Part shown: positions 9,321-18,099 of the stretch, one piece after another
Layout of the letters: each line of letters starts with the position of its first letter
How positions within the stretch are numbered: the stretch's first letter is position 1
Origin: a virus
Lineage: Duplodnaviria; Heunggongvirae; Uroviricota; Caudoviricetes
IMG/VR virus record: IMGVR_UViG_3300034357_000765
Direction: 5' to 3' (one strand)
DNA length: 64,000 nucleotides
The notes under the pieces: model-generated
Databases searched by the model: none
What the model was told of the DNA's origin: nothing
Seen by the model: only the letters and a program-made list of their open reading frames with translations
Translations under genes and position numbers: made by a program

Positions 9321-9878
9321 ATGCTAGGATTAGAACAACCAAACACTTCATACATGCTTATTTCTTCTTCTGAAAATCTGGATCAGATTACATCAGTATT
9401 GTATGCAAAGAACTATCAAATACTTCCAATAAAAGGATATTTTGAAGGTATGTTCGAAGATTCAATAATGGCATTTGGTAGAACAGACAACGATGAACTT
9501 AGAAACGATGTTCTTTTTCTTTTAGGACATTTCAACGAAAAAAACGCAATCATAAAATATTTAGGTGAGTCAGAAGCCAAAAGAGTTTTCTTTAACGGTT
9601 CAGAAGAACCATTAGAGATAGTAATGTACAATACTAACGAATCAAACAAATCATACATACATAGTGGAATATCATTTTCTTTTGTAGAAAAGACTAGATA
9701 TTGGAAACCAAAATCTCAAGAGGATCTTAAAATAGGAATGGTTGTAGAGTATCAGAACAACAATAAATGGTATGAAAGAATCGTTAGAAATCCTAAAGAA
9801 GAATGGGAAAAACTTTATAAGTTACTTACTAAATATGATAAGGTAAGAATACCAGCAAAAAAACTTCAATATACATAA
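9321..9878 (+). CDS. Hypothetical protein
   Basis: 185-aa ORF between a TATATATAA motif and a terminator. Confidence 0.7.
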   Translation: MLGLEQPNTSYMLISSSENLDQITSVLYAKNYQILPIKGYFEGMFEDSIMAFGRTDNDELRNDVLFLLGHFNEKNAIIKYLGESEAKRVFFNGSEEPLEIVMYNTNESNKSYIHSGISFSFVEKTRYWKPKSQEDLKIGMVVEYQNNNKWYERIVRNPKEEWEKLYKLLTKYDKVRIPAKKLQYT

Positions 9879-9901
9879 AAAGCACTCAAATGAGTGCTTT
9901 T
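9877..9901. terminator. Bidirectional intrinsic terminator
   Basis: AAAAGCACTCA-AA-TGAGTGCTTTT between convergent genes. Confidence 0.85.
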
Positions 9902-9902
9902 C

Positions 9903-10637
9903 TTATTTTACAGTAAACCATACATATTGTTTTTCCCAATGTGGAGTTTCTTTTAGACAATAAGTATTATCTGGTATACTTTTTACACATATAATACCAC
10001 TCTGATCCATTCTACCACCACGAGCGACTATAATCTTATTTGGACTAATGTTTTCATCTAATATAATAGAAATAGTTCCAAGCATAAAATCTGATTGACT
10101 ATCGAACCAATGCCAGTTATTTCTACCGACAATCACTGCGGTTCCTGGACCCATTCTTCCTTCTGCTGCGATAAAGTTGGATGCGTGTGCAATCTTTGTT
10201 ATAATCCTTCTGAAGTTTATTGCGTTGTTTTCCTCTAATGTACTATGTGGGTCGTTCATCGCCACATAATCAAGACTTATTGGATAATGGTGTTTTTGTT
10301 TTGTGTTACTTTCTAAAAATGTGATTACATTATTGTATAAACTCTCATCATCTACAAAAGGATTTGATTGAGTATTTAGAGTCATGATCTTTGGAGATAT
10401 TGTCGCAATAGATCCTTCTTCTGAAGATATTGTCTCAGATGTGTAGTCTCCGTTTTCGTCTACCTCATCTAAAACGGTGTCTATTGTAAGATTTCTTTTC
10501 TTTCTCTTTACCTCTCTTCTAGTCTCGTCGTCTTCTACTATCATATCCATATACATCAATTGGGCAGTTGGACCTATACTCTTATTTTCTTCAGAGTAGT
10601 TACAGATTGATTTTAGTTTATCATTAAAAGTTGTCAT
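9903..10637 (-). CDS. Protein containing a gp23-like major capsid segment
   Basis: NFRRIITKIAHASNFIAAEGRMGPGTAVIV resembles gp23-family FKGLLFQIERDANAIAQRTRRGKGNIII; N-terminal KRNLTIDTVL tag. Confidence 0.5.
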   Translation of the reverse strand: MTTFNDKLKSICNYSEENKSIGPTAQLMYMDMIVEDDETRREVKRKKRNLTIDTVLDEVDENGDYTSETISSEEGSIATISPKIMTLNTQSNPFVDDESLYNNVITFLESNTKQKHHYPISLDYVAMNDPHSTLEENNAINFRRIITKIAHASNFIAAEGRMGPGTAVIVGRNNWHWFDSQSDFMLGTISIILDENISPNKIIVARGGRMDQSGIICVKSIPDNTYCLKETPHWEKQYVWFTVK

Positions 10638-11385
10638 ATTTGTATTTCAAACCTGATTTTGGAGTGACGTTGTTTATCACTTTTTGCAACTCTTCTTTAT
10701 TCATTGGACTAAGTTTTTGAAGAAGTTGAAGATTTCTTTGATACCATTTCATATCTGGTGCAGATCTATCGTGATAGATATGGAAACATTTTGCTTTATT
10801 TTCATACCAGTTTAAGAATGCTTTTACCTTAACTGACTGAAAATCATCTTCTCCGCCCCAACCGATAAAGTCCTCGTGCCATCCACCAATCTTATGTATA
10901 GCTTCTCTTCTAAAGATACAGATTCCACCACATAAAGGAACTTTCTGAATATCAGTTTCTCCTCTACCTGCTCTGTTGATTTGCATTATCTGTTCAAAAC
11001 CGGCACCAGATTCTTGTGGAGTTAGGTCAATAACAGAGTTATAAGGATTGACCATCTCGTATTGGTCTAACATCTTTACAGATTTGATAAACTCTTGTGG
11101 GTCCATTATCAAATCAGAATCACCAAATACTATTACGTTTGAATTCGCATATTTTAATCCTACATTGAATCCCCAAGACTTGTTGAAAGGCATGTTTGAT
11201 TTTATAAAAATATGTCTACATGGTAATTTGATGTCTTTAAGCTTTGAATGCTTGTCCTGTTCTACTATAATAATCTCTGCACCGGAAAAAGCGTTTATCC
11301 ACTCCAATGTTCTTTTTAGATTATTCAGTCTTTCTACACTATGTCTATAACTGATTATATAGGTGAAATTATAATTGAATCCCAT
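10624..11385 (-). CDS. GT-A glycosyltransferase (GT2/GT7 galactosyltransferase-like)
   Basis: IIIVEQD, FNKSWGFNVG, FGDSDLI (DxD), IGGWHEDFIGWGGEDD. Confidence 0.85.
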   Translation of the reverse strand: MGFNYNFTYIISYRHSVERLNNLKRTLEWINAFSGAEIIIVEQDKHSKLKDIKLPCRHIFIKSNMPFNKSWGFNVGLKYANSNVIVFGDSDLIMDPQEFIKSVKMLDQYEMVNPYNSVIDLTPQESGAGFEQIMQINRAGRGETDIQKVPLCGGICIFRREAIHKIGGWHEDFIGWGGEDDFQSVKVKAFLNWYENKAKCFHIYHDRSAPDMKWYQRNLQLLQKLSPMNKEELQKVINNVTPKSGLKYKYDNF

Positions 11386-11422
11386 ATTATATGATTTTTT
11401 TATTATTTTTATGAAATAATCG

Positions 11423-11430
11423 TATCTTTG
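11423..11430 (+). promoter_or_regulatory. Bacteroidota sigma70 -7 promoter element
   Basis: TATCTTTG matches TAnnTTTG, 24 nt upstream of ATG 11455. Confidence 0.6.
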
Positions 11431-11454
11431 TTTATATTATTAGATATAATATTT

Positions 11455-11853
11455 ATGAAATATGTGGGAAGAACAGAAAAAGTTTCTTTTCCTGAGCTTG
11501 GAATAGAAACAACAGACGCGAAAATAGACACAGGTGCCTATGGAAACGCTCTTCATGTAGATGAGATTTTCATAAAAGATGACAAACTTTTCTTTATAAT
11601 AGACGAAAAGGAATATGTGTATGATAAGTACAAAACCATAGTGGTGCGTAACTCTTTTGGTAAGAAACAAAAAAGATTTTCTATAATATCAAAGATGGTT
11701 TTAGGTGAAAAAAGTTATAAGGTTCATATATCCTTAACTAATAGGAAAAAAATGAAATATCCAATGTTGATTGGAAGAAGATTTCTGAACAAGTTTAAAT
11801 ATATGGTGAACGTAAGAAAAAAGAACATAAATGATAGAGCTAAAGCGTTGTAA
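11455..11853 (+). CDS. RimK/LysX-associated retropepsin-like aspartic protease
   Basis: AKIDTGAY (D-T-G) and PMLIGRRFL. The start was reassigned to ATG 11455 because the TTG at 11428 overlaps the promoter. Confidence 0.75.
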   Translation: MKYVGRTEKVSFPELGIETTDAKIDTGAYGNALHVDEIFIKDDKLFFIIDEKEYVYDKYKTIVVRNSFGKKQKRFSIISKMVLGEKSYKVHISLTNRKKMKYPMLIGRRFLNKFKYMVNVRKKNINDRAKAL

Positions 11854-12388
11854 TTATTTTACTGGAGACATAGCATGTGTTTCAAGTGCAGTAAGTTCTA
11901 TTGTTAAATTTTTGGAATTAGATGGTAGAAATCCTATATTGTTCACATCACCAAAACCAACTTCTTCAGGAAAAAACATCACAAATCTTATTTATTACAT
12001 ATCACCACAGATAACTTTTAATGACTTTGAAGATTTTAAATCTAAGATTGAAGATCCCGCAAATAGATTCAGAGTTAATCTAATGATATTTGACTTTTGG
12101 ACTCTTAGTCGGGGTCTTATACCTAAATACAAAGAACTAATCGACGAGTTAGGTATAGACTATATAATAGTAGCAAAAGAATACATCTATAAAGACTCTG
12201 AAGATGTTGCAGACTTTCATGTAAAGTCAGAATACAAAGATTCGGCACCTAATAGTATTTCTGGCTATATGGCCACTAGATCAGAAATTTGGCTAACAAA
12301 TAAAATTGATGGTTGGACAGCAACACTTGATTCTTTAAAGACTGGATATATCCGTGATAAAAAAATCGACGATATTTTCAACAAATAA
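11831..12388 (+). CDS. Hypothetical protein with C-terminal IRDKKIDDIF tag
   Basis: 185-aa ORF, overlaps the upstream gene as in an operon. Confidence 0.7.
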   Translation: MIELKRCNYFTGDIACVSSAVSSIVKFLELDGRNPILFTSPKPTSSGKNITNLIYYISPQITFNDFEDFKSKIEDPANRFRVNLMIFDFWTLSRGLIPKYKELIDELGIDYIIVAKEYIYKDSEDVADFHVKSEYKDSAPNSISGYMATRSEIWLTNKIDGWTATLDSLKTGYIRDKKIDDIFNK

Positions 12389-12423
12389 TTGTTTAAAACT
12401 TTTCTAAATAAGAAAAAGTTCCT

Positions 12424-12431
12424 TATCTTTG
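12424..12431 (+). promoter_or_regulatory. Bacteroidota sigma70 -7 promoter element
   Basis: TATCTTTG upstream of the peptidase gene. Confidence 0.6.
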
Positions 12432-12468
12432 TACCATAATAGTTTATAATAACTTAATATTATTCGAA

Positions 12469-13602
12469 ATGAGAATAACTAAAAAATTCCTAGCACTTAC
12501 AAAGTTTACATATCCACACGGAAAAGAGCATCAATTGTTGCACCAACTTCCAGAAGGATATCAAGAAGATGGCTTAGGAAACTACTACATTCAAATAGGT
12601 GAAACTCCTTCCACGATGTTTACTTGTCACTTAGACACCGCGGACAAAACACAAACTAAAGTAAAACACGTCTTTGATGGAAACATCATTCGTACTGATG
12701 GAAAGTCTATCTTAGGAGCAGACGATAAAGCTGGTATGACTGTTATACTTTATATGATACAAAAGCAAGTTCCAGGACTTTACTACTTTTTCATTGGTGA
12801 AGAAGTTGGTTGTATCGGATCTAGAAAACTTGCAGACACTTGGACAAAAACAGAATTTTCTAAATACATCAAAAAAGTGGTTTCTTTCGACAGACGAGGA
12901 ACAGACTCTATTATCACATACCAAATGTTTGGAAGATGTTGCTCTGACGAGTTTGCACAAGAGTTAGGAAACAGAATGAATGCGACAGGAAACAAAATGA
13001 AGATGGTGTTAGACGACACTGGTATCTTAACTGACTCTGCAAAGTTTGTAAAGTTAGTTCCAGAGTGTACTAACATATCTGTAGGATACCAAAACGAACA
13101 CACTGGAAAAGAAAGTCAAGATATCGAGTTCTTACGAAGATTGTGTAATACGGTTGTTAAAGTAGATTGGGAAACTCTTCCTGTAAAAAGAGATGTTTTA
13201 GAAGAAGACGATTATGATCACTATTATAGTGGATATGGATACGAATCTATGAGTAAGTACAACTATGGGAACTATCAAGAAAACCCAGAGTGGCAAGAAG
13301 AAAACTATACACACGTTCTTTTGGATGGTAAGACTAAAAGAGTTTATATTGCAACTTCTCGTATTGATGAAGAAAAGGCTGAAATCTACAAATGGTTAGG
13401 TACTCAAGTAGAATACTATGATGTACAAAGTATCGTGTGGAATGGACACAGCCTATATTTTGAAGCAAAATCAGGTAAACTTGAGTTTGTTGGAAACAGA
13501 ACAGATTTGATGGAAATGATTGAAGAGTTGAAAGCTATTCCAAAAAACAAAATATCTGAAGTTCTTCCTGGTAAGAAAAAAACATTTATGAATGTATTAT
13601 AA
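12469..13602 (+). CDS. M20/M28-family zinc peptidase
   Basis: TCHLDT, LGADDKAG, GEEVGCIGS, NISVGYQNEHT metal-ligand motifs. Confidence 0.85.
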   Translation: MRITKKFLALTKFTYPHGKEHQLLHQLPEGYQEDGLGNYYIQIGETPSTMFTCHLDTADKTQTKVKHVFDGNIIRTDGKSILGADDKAGMTVILYMIQKQVPGLYYFFIGEEVGCIGSRKLADTWTKTEFSKYIKKVVSFDRRGTDSIITYQMFGRCCSDEFAQELGNRMNATGNKMKMVLDDTGILTDSAKFVKLVPECTNISVGYQNEHTGKESQDIEFLRRLCNTVVKVDWETLPVKRDVLEEDDYDHYYSGYGYESMSKYNYGNYQENPEWQEENYTHVLLDGKTKRVYIATSRIDEEKAEIYKWLGTQVEYYDVQSIVWNGHSLYFEAKSGKLEFVGNRTDLMEMIEELKAIPKNKISEVLPGKKKTFMNVL

Positions 13603-13606
13603 AAAC

Positions 13607-13636
13607 AAAAAAGAGGCTTTAAGCCTCTTTTTTTTT
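13607..13636. terminator. Bidirectional intrinsic terminator
   Basis: AAAAAAGAGGCTT-T-AAGCCTCTTTTTT. Confidence 0.85.
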
Positions 13637-13826
13637 ATCCAAGTATAATACCTGGAGTTTTGTACTCTCTCTGAGAAACGATTTCTAACATTTGGTTAGT
13701 GCTCAATTCTTTTGGATCCCATCCTTTTTTCTTAGAATATTCACTGATGAACTTTTCTCTAAGTAAAAGTGCTTCGTCTTTAGGAAGAGCCTCATTTTTA
13801 ATCATTTTTAAGTCTTTGTTTTCCAT
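13635..13826 (-). CDS. Small hypothetical protein
   Basis: 63-aa ORF at the end of a minus-strand operon. Confidence 0.6.
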   Translation of the reverse strand: MENKDLKMIKNEALPKDEALLLREKFISEYSKKKGWDPKELSTNQMLEIVSQREYKTPGIILG

Positions 13827-13851
13827 AACTCTTTTTATTTTTTTTTATATG

Positions 13852-14343
13852 TTATAATTCTCTTTGTAATAAATCAAGCATAACTTCCAATATATGGTCA
13901 ATGTTGCTAAGACTACCACCGAAACCGTAACCATCGTCGTGTGACTCATACTCAAATACAGGTCTACCATCTAGTTTCAATACACCAGAGGTCGTACCTT
14001 CACCATATTCGTTACGTTTAGTTGAATAATCATCAGTGAACCTTCTTTCCAATTCATCATACATCTTATCAGCATAATCCTCTTCTTTTCCGGTATCACC
14101 TAACACTTCTTCTTCGTTACGTATAAAAAGAATACTATCTCTCAATATATCACAACACTTTCTTACAAGTGAATCTCCAGATCCATAGTCATGTAATCCA
14201 TCAACATAACTCTCTAACACGTTTTCCAATTCATCAGGAGTTGTTTCTTCATTCACTAAAAAAACATCTTCTTCATCGTCGTAGAATTTTTTCCACGATG
14301 TCTCTTCGTTTTCGAAAAGTCTGAAATTTTTAATATACTTCAT
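13852..14343 (-). CDS. Acidic candidate head-internal protein
   Basis: N-terminus MKYIKNFRLFENEE (capsid-targeting-like motif). Confidence 0.7.
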   Translation of the reverse strand: MKYIKNFRLFENEETSWKKFYDDEEDVFLVNEETTPDELENVLESYVDGLHDYGSGDSLVRKCCDILRDSILFIRNEEEVLGDTGKEEDYADKMYDELERRFTDDYSTKRNEYGEGTTSGVLKLDGRPVFEYESHDDGYGFGGSLSNIDHILEVMLDLLQREL

Positions 14344-14358
14344 ATTATTTACTTTTTT

Positions 14359-14973
14359 TTATATATTATTTTTTAACCATCCTATCTTATCTTCTTTAAT
14401 CATTAAACAGTTGGCATTTGTGAAATATTCGAATCCTAAATTCCTCTTAACAAACATATCTCTATATGATGATATTGTAGTATGAGACATTATTTCAAAA
14501 AGCTCAGAAACTGGTGATTTGAATCCTGTATCATATTGTTTAAGTAAGAAAAGTGAATCTGAAAATTCCTGTTTTGTCTTTGCTAATAGTGCCAAATCAG
14601 GAGTACAACTGAATACTATATTCGCACCATCAAATGGTATAACGATATAAGTATTAGTATCTGATGCAAATGCTTCAGCACCTTCTTTTGTAGTAGAACC
14701 AATAAGACTTTTATATCTTGGAACGGTATAGTCTTTTCTATCATCAAAAAAGTCTTTATAGTTGTATGTTCCGATTGTTCCTCTTCTAGCTTCTTCGAAG
14801 AACAAACCAAAGTCTCCAAAGTTGTTTGAGTTTCTCCAAAGCATGTCGTTATCAAACGAGAAGTTTTTACAGTTCTCTCTGAAAACTTCTAAAAACTCTT
14901 GTTCACCGAGTCCTCTTGTTCTAGTTTTAGACTCTCTATCAATAAACTCTTGAAATTCTAATATAAGCCTCAT
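14359..14973 (-). CDS. Candidate head-internal protein, possible ADP-ribosyltransferase fold
   Basis: N-terminus MRLILEFQEF; LWR...IGSTTKEGAEAF...YIVIP resembles the R / S-T-S ART pattern. Confidence 0.5.
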   Translation of the reverse strand: MRLILEFQEFIDRESKTRTRGLGEQEFLEVFRENCKNFSFDNDMLWRNSNNFGDFGLFFEEARRGTIGTYNYKDFFDDRKDYTVPRYKSLIGSTTKEGAEAFASDTNTYIVIPFDGANIVFSCTPDLALLAKTKQEFSDSLFLLKQYDTGFKSPVSELFEIMSHTTISSYRDMFVKRNLGFEYFTNANCLMIKEDKIGWLKNNI

Positions 14974-14977
14974 ATCA

Positions 14978-15604
14978 TTATAATTTTTTTGAAATAGAGT
15001 ATTGTAGTTCTATTTCTTTTTTACTACCAACACCTGTTCCCCAATCTGGAAGTATATACAATAGTTCTGCCATTTTTTTATAATCTACCAATATTCCTTT
15101 GGTTTCATCTTCGGTATGTTTTAATATGTTTACGTGATCACACTCAGGAAACACATACAAAGGAAGATCACTACTCAATGCCAATATAACAGAATGCTTT
15201 AAGGGAACTTTATCGTCTTTTCCTCCGTGTAGAACAAATCCATCTATTCCTTCCAACTCGTCTCCTATCAAAGGAACTGTCGCCCATTGTCTTTTCCAAG
15301 CAGAAGCCACCATACAAACAGACTTTGGAGTTTTTGCTCCTTTATATATGGCTTGCATCAATATGGCACCACCTCTTGAATATCCTACTATCTCACCAAT
15401 ATCTTCTTCATCAAGATAAGATATTGCCTTTTCTTCATCTTCGTCGGTTATATTCATACCATCAGAAAACTTTGGACATCCTGTGTCCTGAGAAGAATCT
15501 TTCCATTCTATTTCACAAGATGGAAGTCTCATTTTCTGTGGAGTCATCAAGAATCCGTGGAATGCTACCTTATCAAAATTTTCAAATTTCTTCAAATGCT
15601 TCAT
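14978..15604 (-). CDS. Alpha/beta hydrolase with capsid-targeting-like N-terminus
   Basis: GYSRGG nucleophile elbow, LHGGKDDKVP, CDHVNI; starts MKHLKKFENF. Confidence 0.8.
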   Translation of the reverse strand: MKHLKKFENFDKVAFHGFLMTPQKMRLPSCEIEWKDSSQDTGCPKFSDGMNITDEDEEKAISYLDEEDIGEIVGYSRGGAILMQAIYKGAKTPKSVCMVASAWKRQWATVPLIGDELEGIDGFVLHGGKDDKVPLKHSVILALSSDLPLYVFPECDHVNILKHTEDETKGILVDYKKMAELLYILPDWGTGVGSKKEIELQYSISKKL

Positions 15605-15641
15605 TTGTTATATATTATTTTATAGTATTGAAAAAAATCCT

Positions 15642-15649
15642 TATATTTG
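15642..15649 (+). promoter_or_regulatory. Bacteroidota sigma70 -7 promoter element
   Basis: TATATTTG, 15 nt upstream of ATG 15665. Confidence 0.6.
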
Positions 15650-15664
15650 TAGAAACATTGATAT

Positions 15665-16111
15665 ATGAGCAAAAGACTAAATAACTCCGACGCGTTAAAG
15701 TTTATCTTCGCAGGTAACTCAACATTTACTTTTTTGAATAGTGAAACTGAAAACAGATTCACTTATCGAGTTAAAAAAGCAAAAGATAGTAATCTTTTCT
15801 TTGTTAGTGTTTTAACTGGTCCCGAGCAGTATTCCTACTTAGGAACAGTTTCTAACGGAATCTACAAACATGGTAAAAAATCCAACTTCACAGGTGCTCA
15901 ATCTGAGAAGGTTTTCTCTTATGTTCTTAATAAACTCAAAAAAGAATCTTTACCAGAGTGTATCGAAATATGGCATGAAGGTAAATGTGGTAAATGTAAT
16001 AGACCACTTACCGTTCCTTCTTCTATTGAAACTGGAATAGGACCGGAATGTTTCAAAACTCTTTCTAAGGCAGAAAAAAGAGATATATTTTTAACTTCAA
16101 TTTTAGGATAA
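15665..16111 (+). CDS. DUF6011-like Zn-binding protein
   Basis: GKCGKCNRPLTVPSSIETGIGPEC. Confidence 0.75.
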   Translation: MSKRLNNSDALKFIFAGNSTFTFLNSETENRFTYRVKKAKDSNLFFVSVLTGPEQYSYLGTVSNGIYKHGKKSNFTGAQSEKVFSYVLNKLKKESLPECIEIWHEGKCGKCNRPLTVPSSIETGIGPECFKTLSKAEKRDIFLTSILG

Positions 16112-16593
16112 TGGTAGCTTTTTTAACTTTTCTTCAATTTTTCGCATTGATTTTTGGATTCATATATTCAACCAGGCGAATCAAAAAGTACAAGTCAATA
16201 ACATTCGAAGTAAGAAGAGGCGAGAAGTGTTATAGCTGTTCTACCGATGTTAATCACGATGATTTAGATTACACAGACTTTGCTGCTATGTTACAAAAAG
16301 AAGATTTTAAACTTTGTGTTGCTTGTAAAAGAGAAGAAAGTTTGGATCAGTTTGTAAAATCAGGATTTCCTGATGCTACTCGAATAAACAAATTTAAAAA
16401 GTATCTTTTTTCAAAGAAATCTGATAGATTAGTTTGGTACTTTCTAATCGCTATATTGACGAGCATAGCTATTGAGTTTATTACTAGATTTGTTTTTGAT
16501 ATAAAAGTATTCTGGTTTTTGACACCAATATTAAATATAATATATTGGAGTATTTTTTGTTATAAATCCAAAATAACATATATAAAAGAATAA
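16111..16593 (+). CDS. Membrane protein with CxxC...CxxC
   Basis: Hydrophobic N-terminus and two C-terminal hydrophobic helices; KCYSC and LCVAC. Confidence 0.65.
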   Translation: MVAFLTFLQFFALIFGFIYSTRRIKKYKSITFEVRRGEKCYSCSTDVNHDDLDYTDFAAMLQKEDFKLCVACKREESLDQFVKSGFPDATRINKFKKYLFSKKSDRLVWYFLIAILTSIAIEFITRFVFDIKVFWFLTPILNIIYWSIFCYKSKITYIKE

Positions 16594-16600
16594 AAATTGC

Positions 16601-16608
16601 TATATTTG
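16601..16608 (+). promoter_or_regulatory. Bacteroidota sigma70 -7 promoter element (probably leaderless transcript)
   Basis: TATATTTG ends 4 nt before ATG 16613. Confidence 0.6.
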
Positions 16609-16612
16609 TAGT

Positions 16613-17143
16613 ATGTTTAAAGTAAAAGGTATATTAGAATTTGATCCTGTTGACGTGTCTAAAAAACATGCACAACAATCGACTTGGAAAAGAGTCGCAA
16701 TGGTTCGTTTCTATGAAGACGATACCTGTAAATACTACAAATGGTTATTAGAACAAAGATTTGGTCTTCGTATTCCAGACACAAACGTGTTTGAATGGAG
16801 AGGAAGACTTAACGATCCTGTTCGTGGAACTCACGTCACTGCAATAAACGATATTGTAGATGATGAAATCTATTTACAAGCTAAAGATATGTTCCACGGA
16901 AAAGAAGTGGAAATCACATACGATCCAACTCTTATCAGGTGTAATACTAAAGGTGATAAGATGTGGTGGCACATAAAAGTATATTCTGACGATATTATGA
17001 ATATACGAACTGCTATGGGTTTAGGAACACCATTTCACAGTCTTCACATGACTATTGGTTTGGTAAATCCGACTTTTATAGAACATAATGAATGGGTTGT
17101 AAAGAGCTGTGAGAAATTAGGAATGTATTTACCAATAAAATAA
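16613..17143 (+). CDS. 2H phosphoesterase-like protein
   Basis: Two H-x-T motifs, GTHVTAI and SLHMTIG, about 80 aa apart. Confidence 0.6.
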   Translation: MFKVKGILEFDPVDVSKKHAQQSTWKRVAMVRFYEDDTCKYYKWLLEQRFGLRIPDTNVFEWRGRLNDPVRGTHVTAINDIVDDEIYLQAKDMFHGKEVEITYDPTLIRCNTKGDKMWWHIKVYSDDIMNIRTAMGLGTPFHSLHMTIGLVNPTFIEHNEWVVKSCEKLGMYLPIK

Positions 17144-17148
17144 ATATA

Positions 17149-17499
17149 ATGAAAACTTATCAAGAAGTAAAAAACGACGAACTGATTGTGACCAGGTACT
17201 ATTCTAAAAGAAAATTAGATAGGTATATTTGGTTCTGTAAGGTTCTTAGAAAGTTGTTCAGTGAGACGTTCTTTTGGATTGTGTCCTTTATTCCATTTCT
17301 TGCGATACCTTCAGTATTCATATACTTAGGTTTTTTCAAATTAAACATAATGACGGTTTCTATGTTTACCGTACTGCACTTTCTTTATTGGTTTCTAAAG
17401 GGAAGAAAGGAAGCCATCAAGCTAATAGACGAGAATCTACCAGAGTTAGATCTTAGTATTGAGGTATTACAGGATATTAGAAAGGAAAGACATGGATGA
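17149..17499 (+). CDS. Small membrane protein
   Basis: Two hydrophobic segments (FWIVSFIPFLAIPSVFIYLGFF; MFTVLHFLYWFL). Confidence 0.65.
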   Translation: MKTYQEVKNDELIVTRYYSKRKLDRYIWFCKVLRKLFSETFFWIVSFIPFLAIPSVFIYLGFFKLNIMTVSMFTVLHFLYWFLKGRKEAIKLIDENLPELDLSIEVLQDIRKERHG

Positions 17500-17845
17500 T
17501 TTTTTTGACAGTTTCAAAAAGCCAGAAAAGAAATATGATCATAAGGTTCGAGTGGTTCACTTTAAAAAGGAGCCATTCGATATTTATATTGGACGAATGC
17601 AGGGTGGTAAGTACAATAAGTGGGCTTATCCAAAAGAACTCAGAAATAGTTTTCCACCAGGAACTCCAAGAAAAGATATTGTTGCTGCTTATGAAGAGTA
17701 TCTTCTTTCAAATGAAGAACTTATGAGCTCTCTTTACGAACTGAAAGATAAAGTACTTGGTTGCTGGTGTAAAAATGAAGGTGGAGGTGGAAAGTCTTGT
17801 CACGGAGATATATTAGTAAAGTGGGTAAAAAAGAATTGTAACTGA
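17492..17845 (+). CDS. DUF4326-like protein
   Basis: VVHFKKEPFDIYIGR...ELKDKVLGCWC...CHGDILV. The start was taken at the internal ATG. Confidence 0.8.
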   Translation: MDDFFDSFKKPEKKYDHKVRVVHFKKEPFDIYIGRMQGGKYNKWAYPKELRNSFPPGTPRKDIVAAYEEYLLSNEELMSSLYELKDKVLGCWCKNEGGGGKSCHGDILVKWVKKNCN

Positions 17846-18099
17846 TGTTAAGAATACATAGTAAAGTAAACACACCATATGGTGAAGGAATATTGGTTTC
17901 TATGGAGACTGAATTCAATGGGCTATATATTACATACGAACGAACAAAATGTGTTGTTTGGTTTGGAACAGAGAATCCCGGTACAAGTGATGCTGGTCAT
18001 GGTAGATGGGTAACTAGAGAAATATCACTAAGAGAACTCATTGAGCTAAACCAAGACTTGATAAGAAACGAAAAAATAAACGACATATTAGATGCCTGA
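17845..18099 (+). CDS. Small protein with C-terminal IRNEKINDIL tag
   Basis: 84-aa ORF; SH3/KOW-like VNTPYGEGILV start. Confidence 0.7.
   Translation: MLRIHSKVNTPYGEGILVSMETEFNGLYITYERTKCVVWFGTENPGTSDAGHGRWVTREISLRELIELNQDLIRNEKINDILDA

Noticed and set aside
17149-17180. MKTYQEV start identical to the T4 CTS MKTYQE
   Set aside because: It lacks the second aromatic residue, the protein is a membrane protein in an early operon, and the match is likely coincidental.
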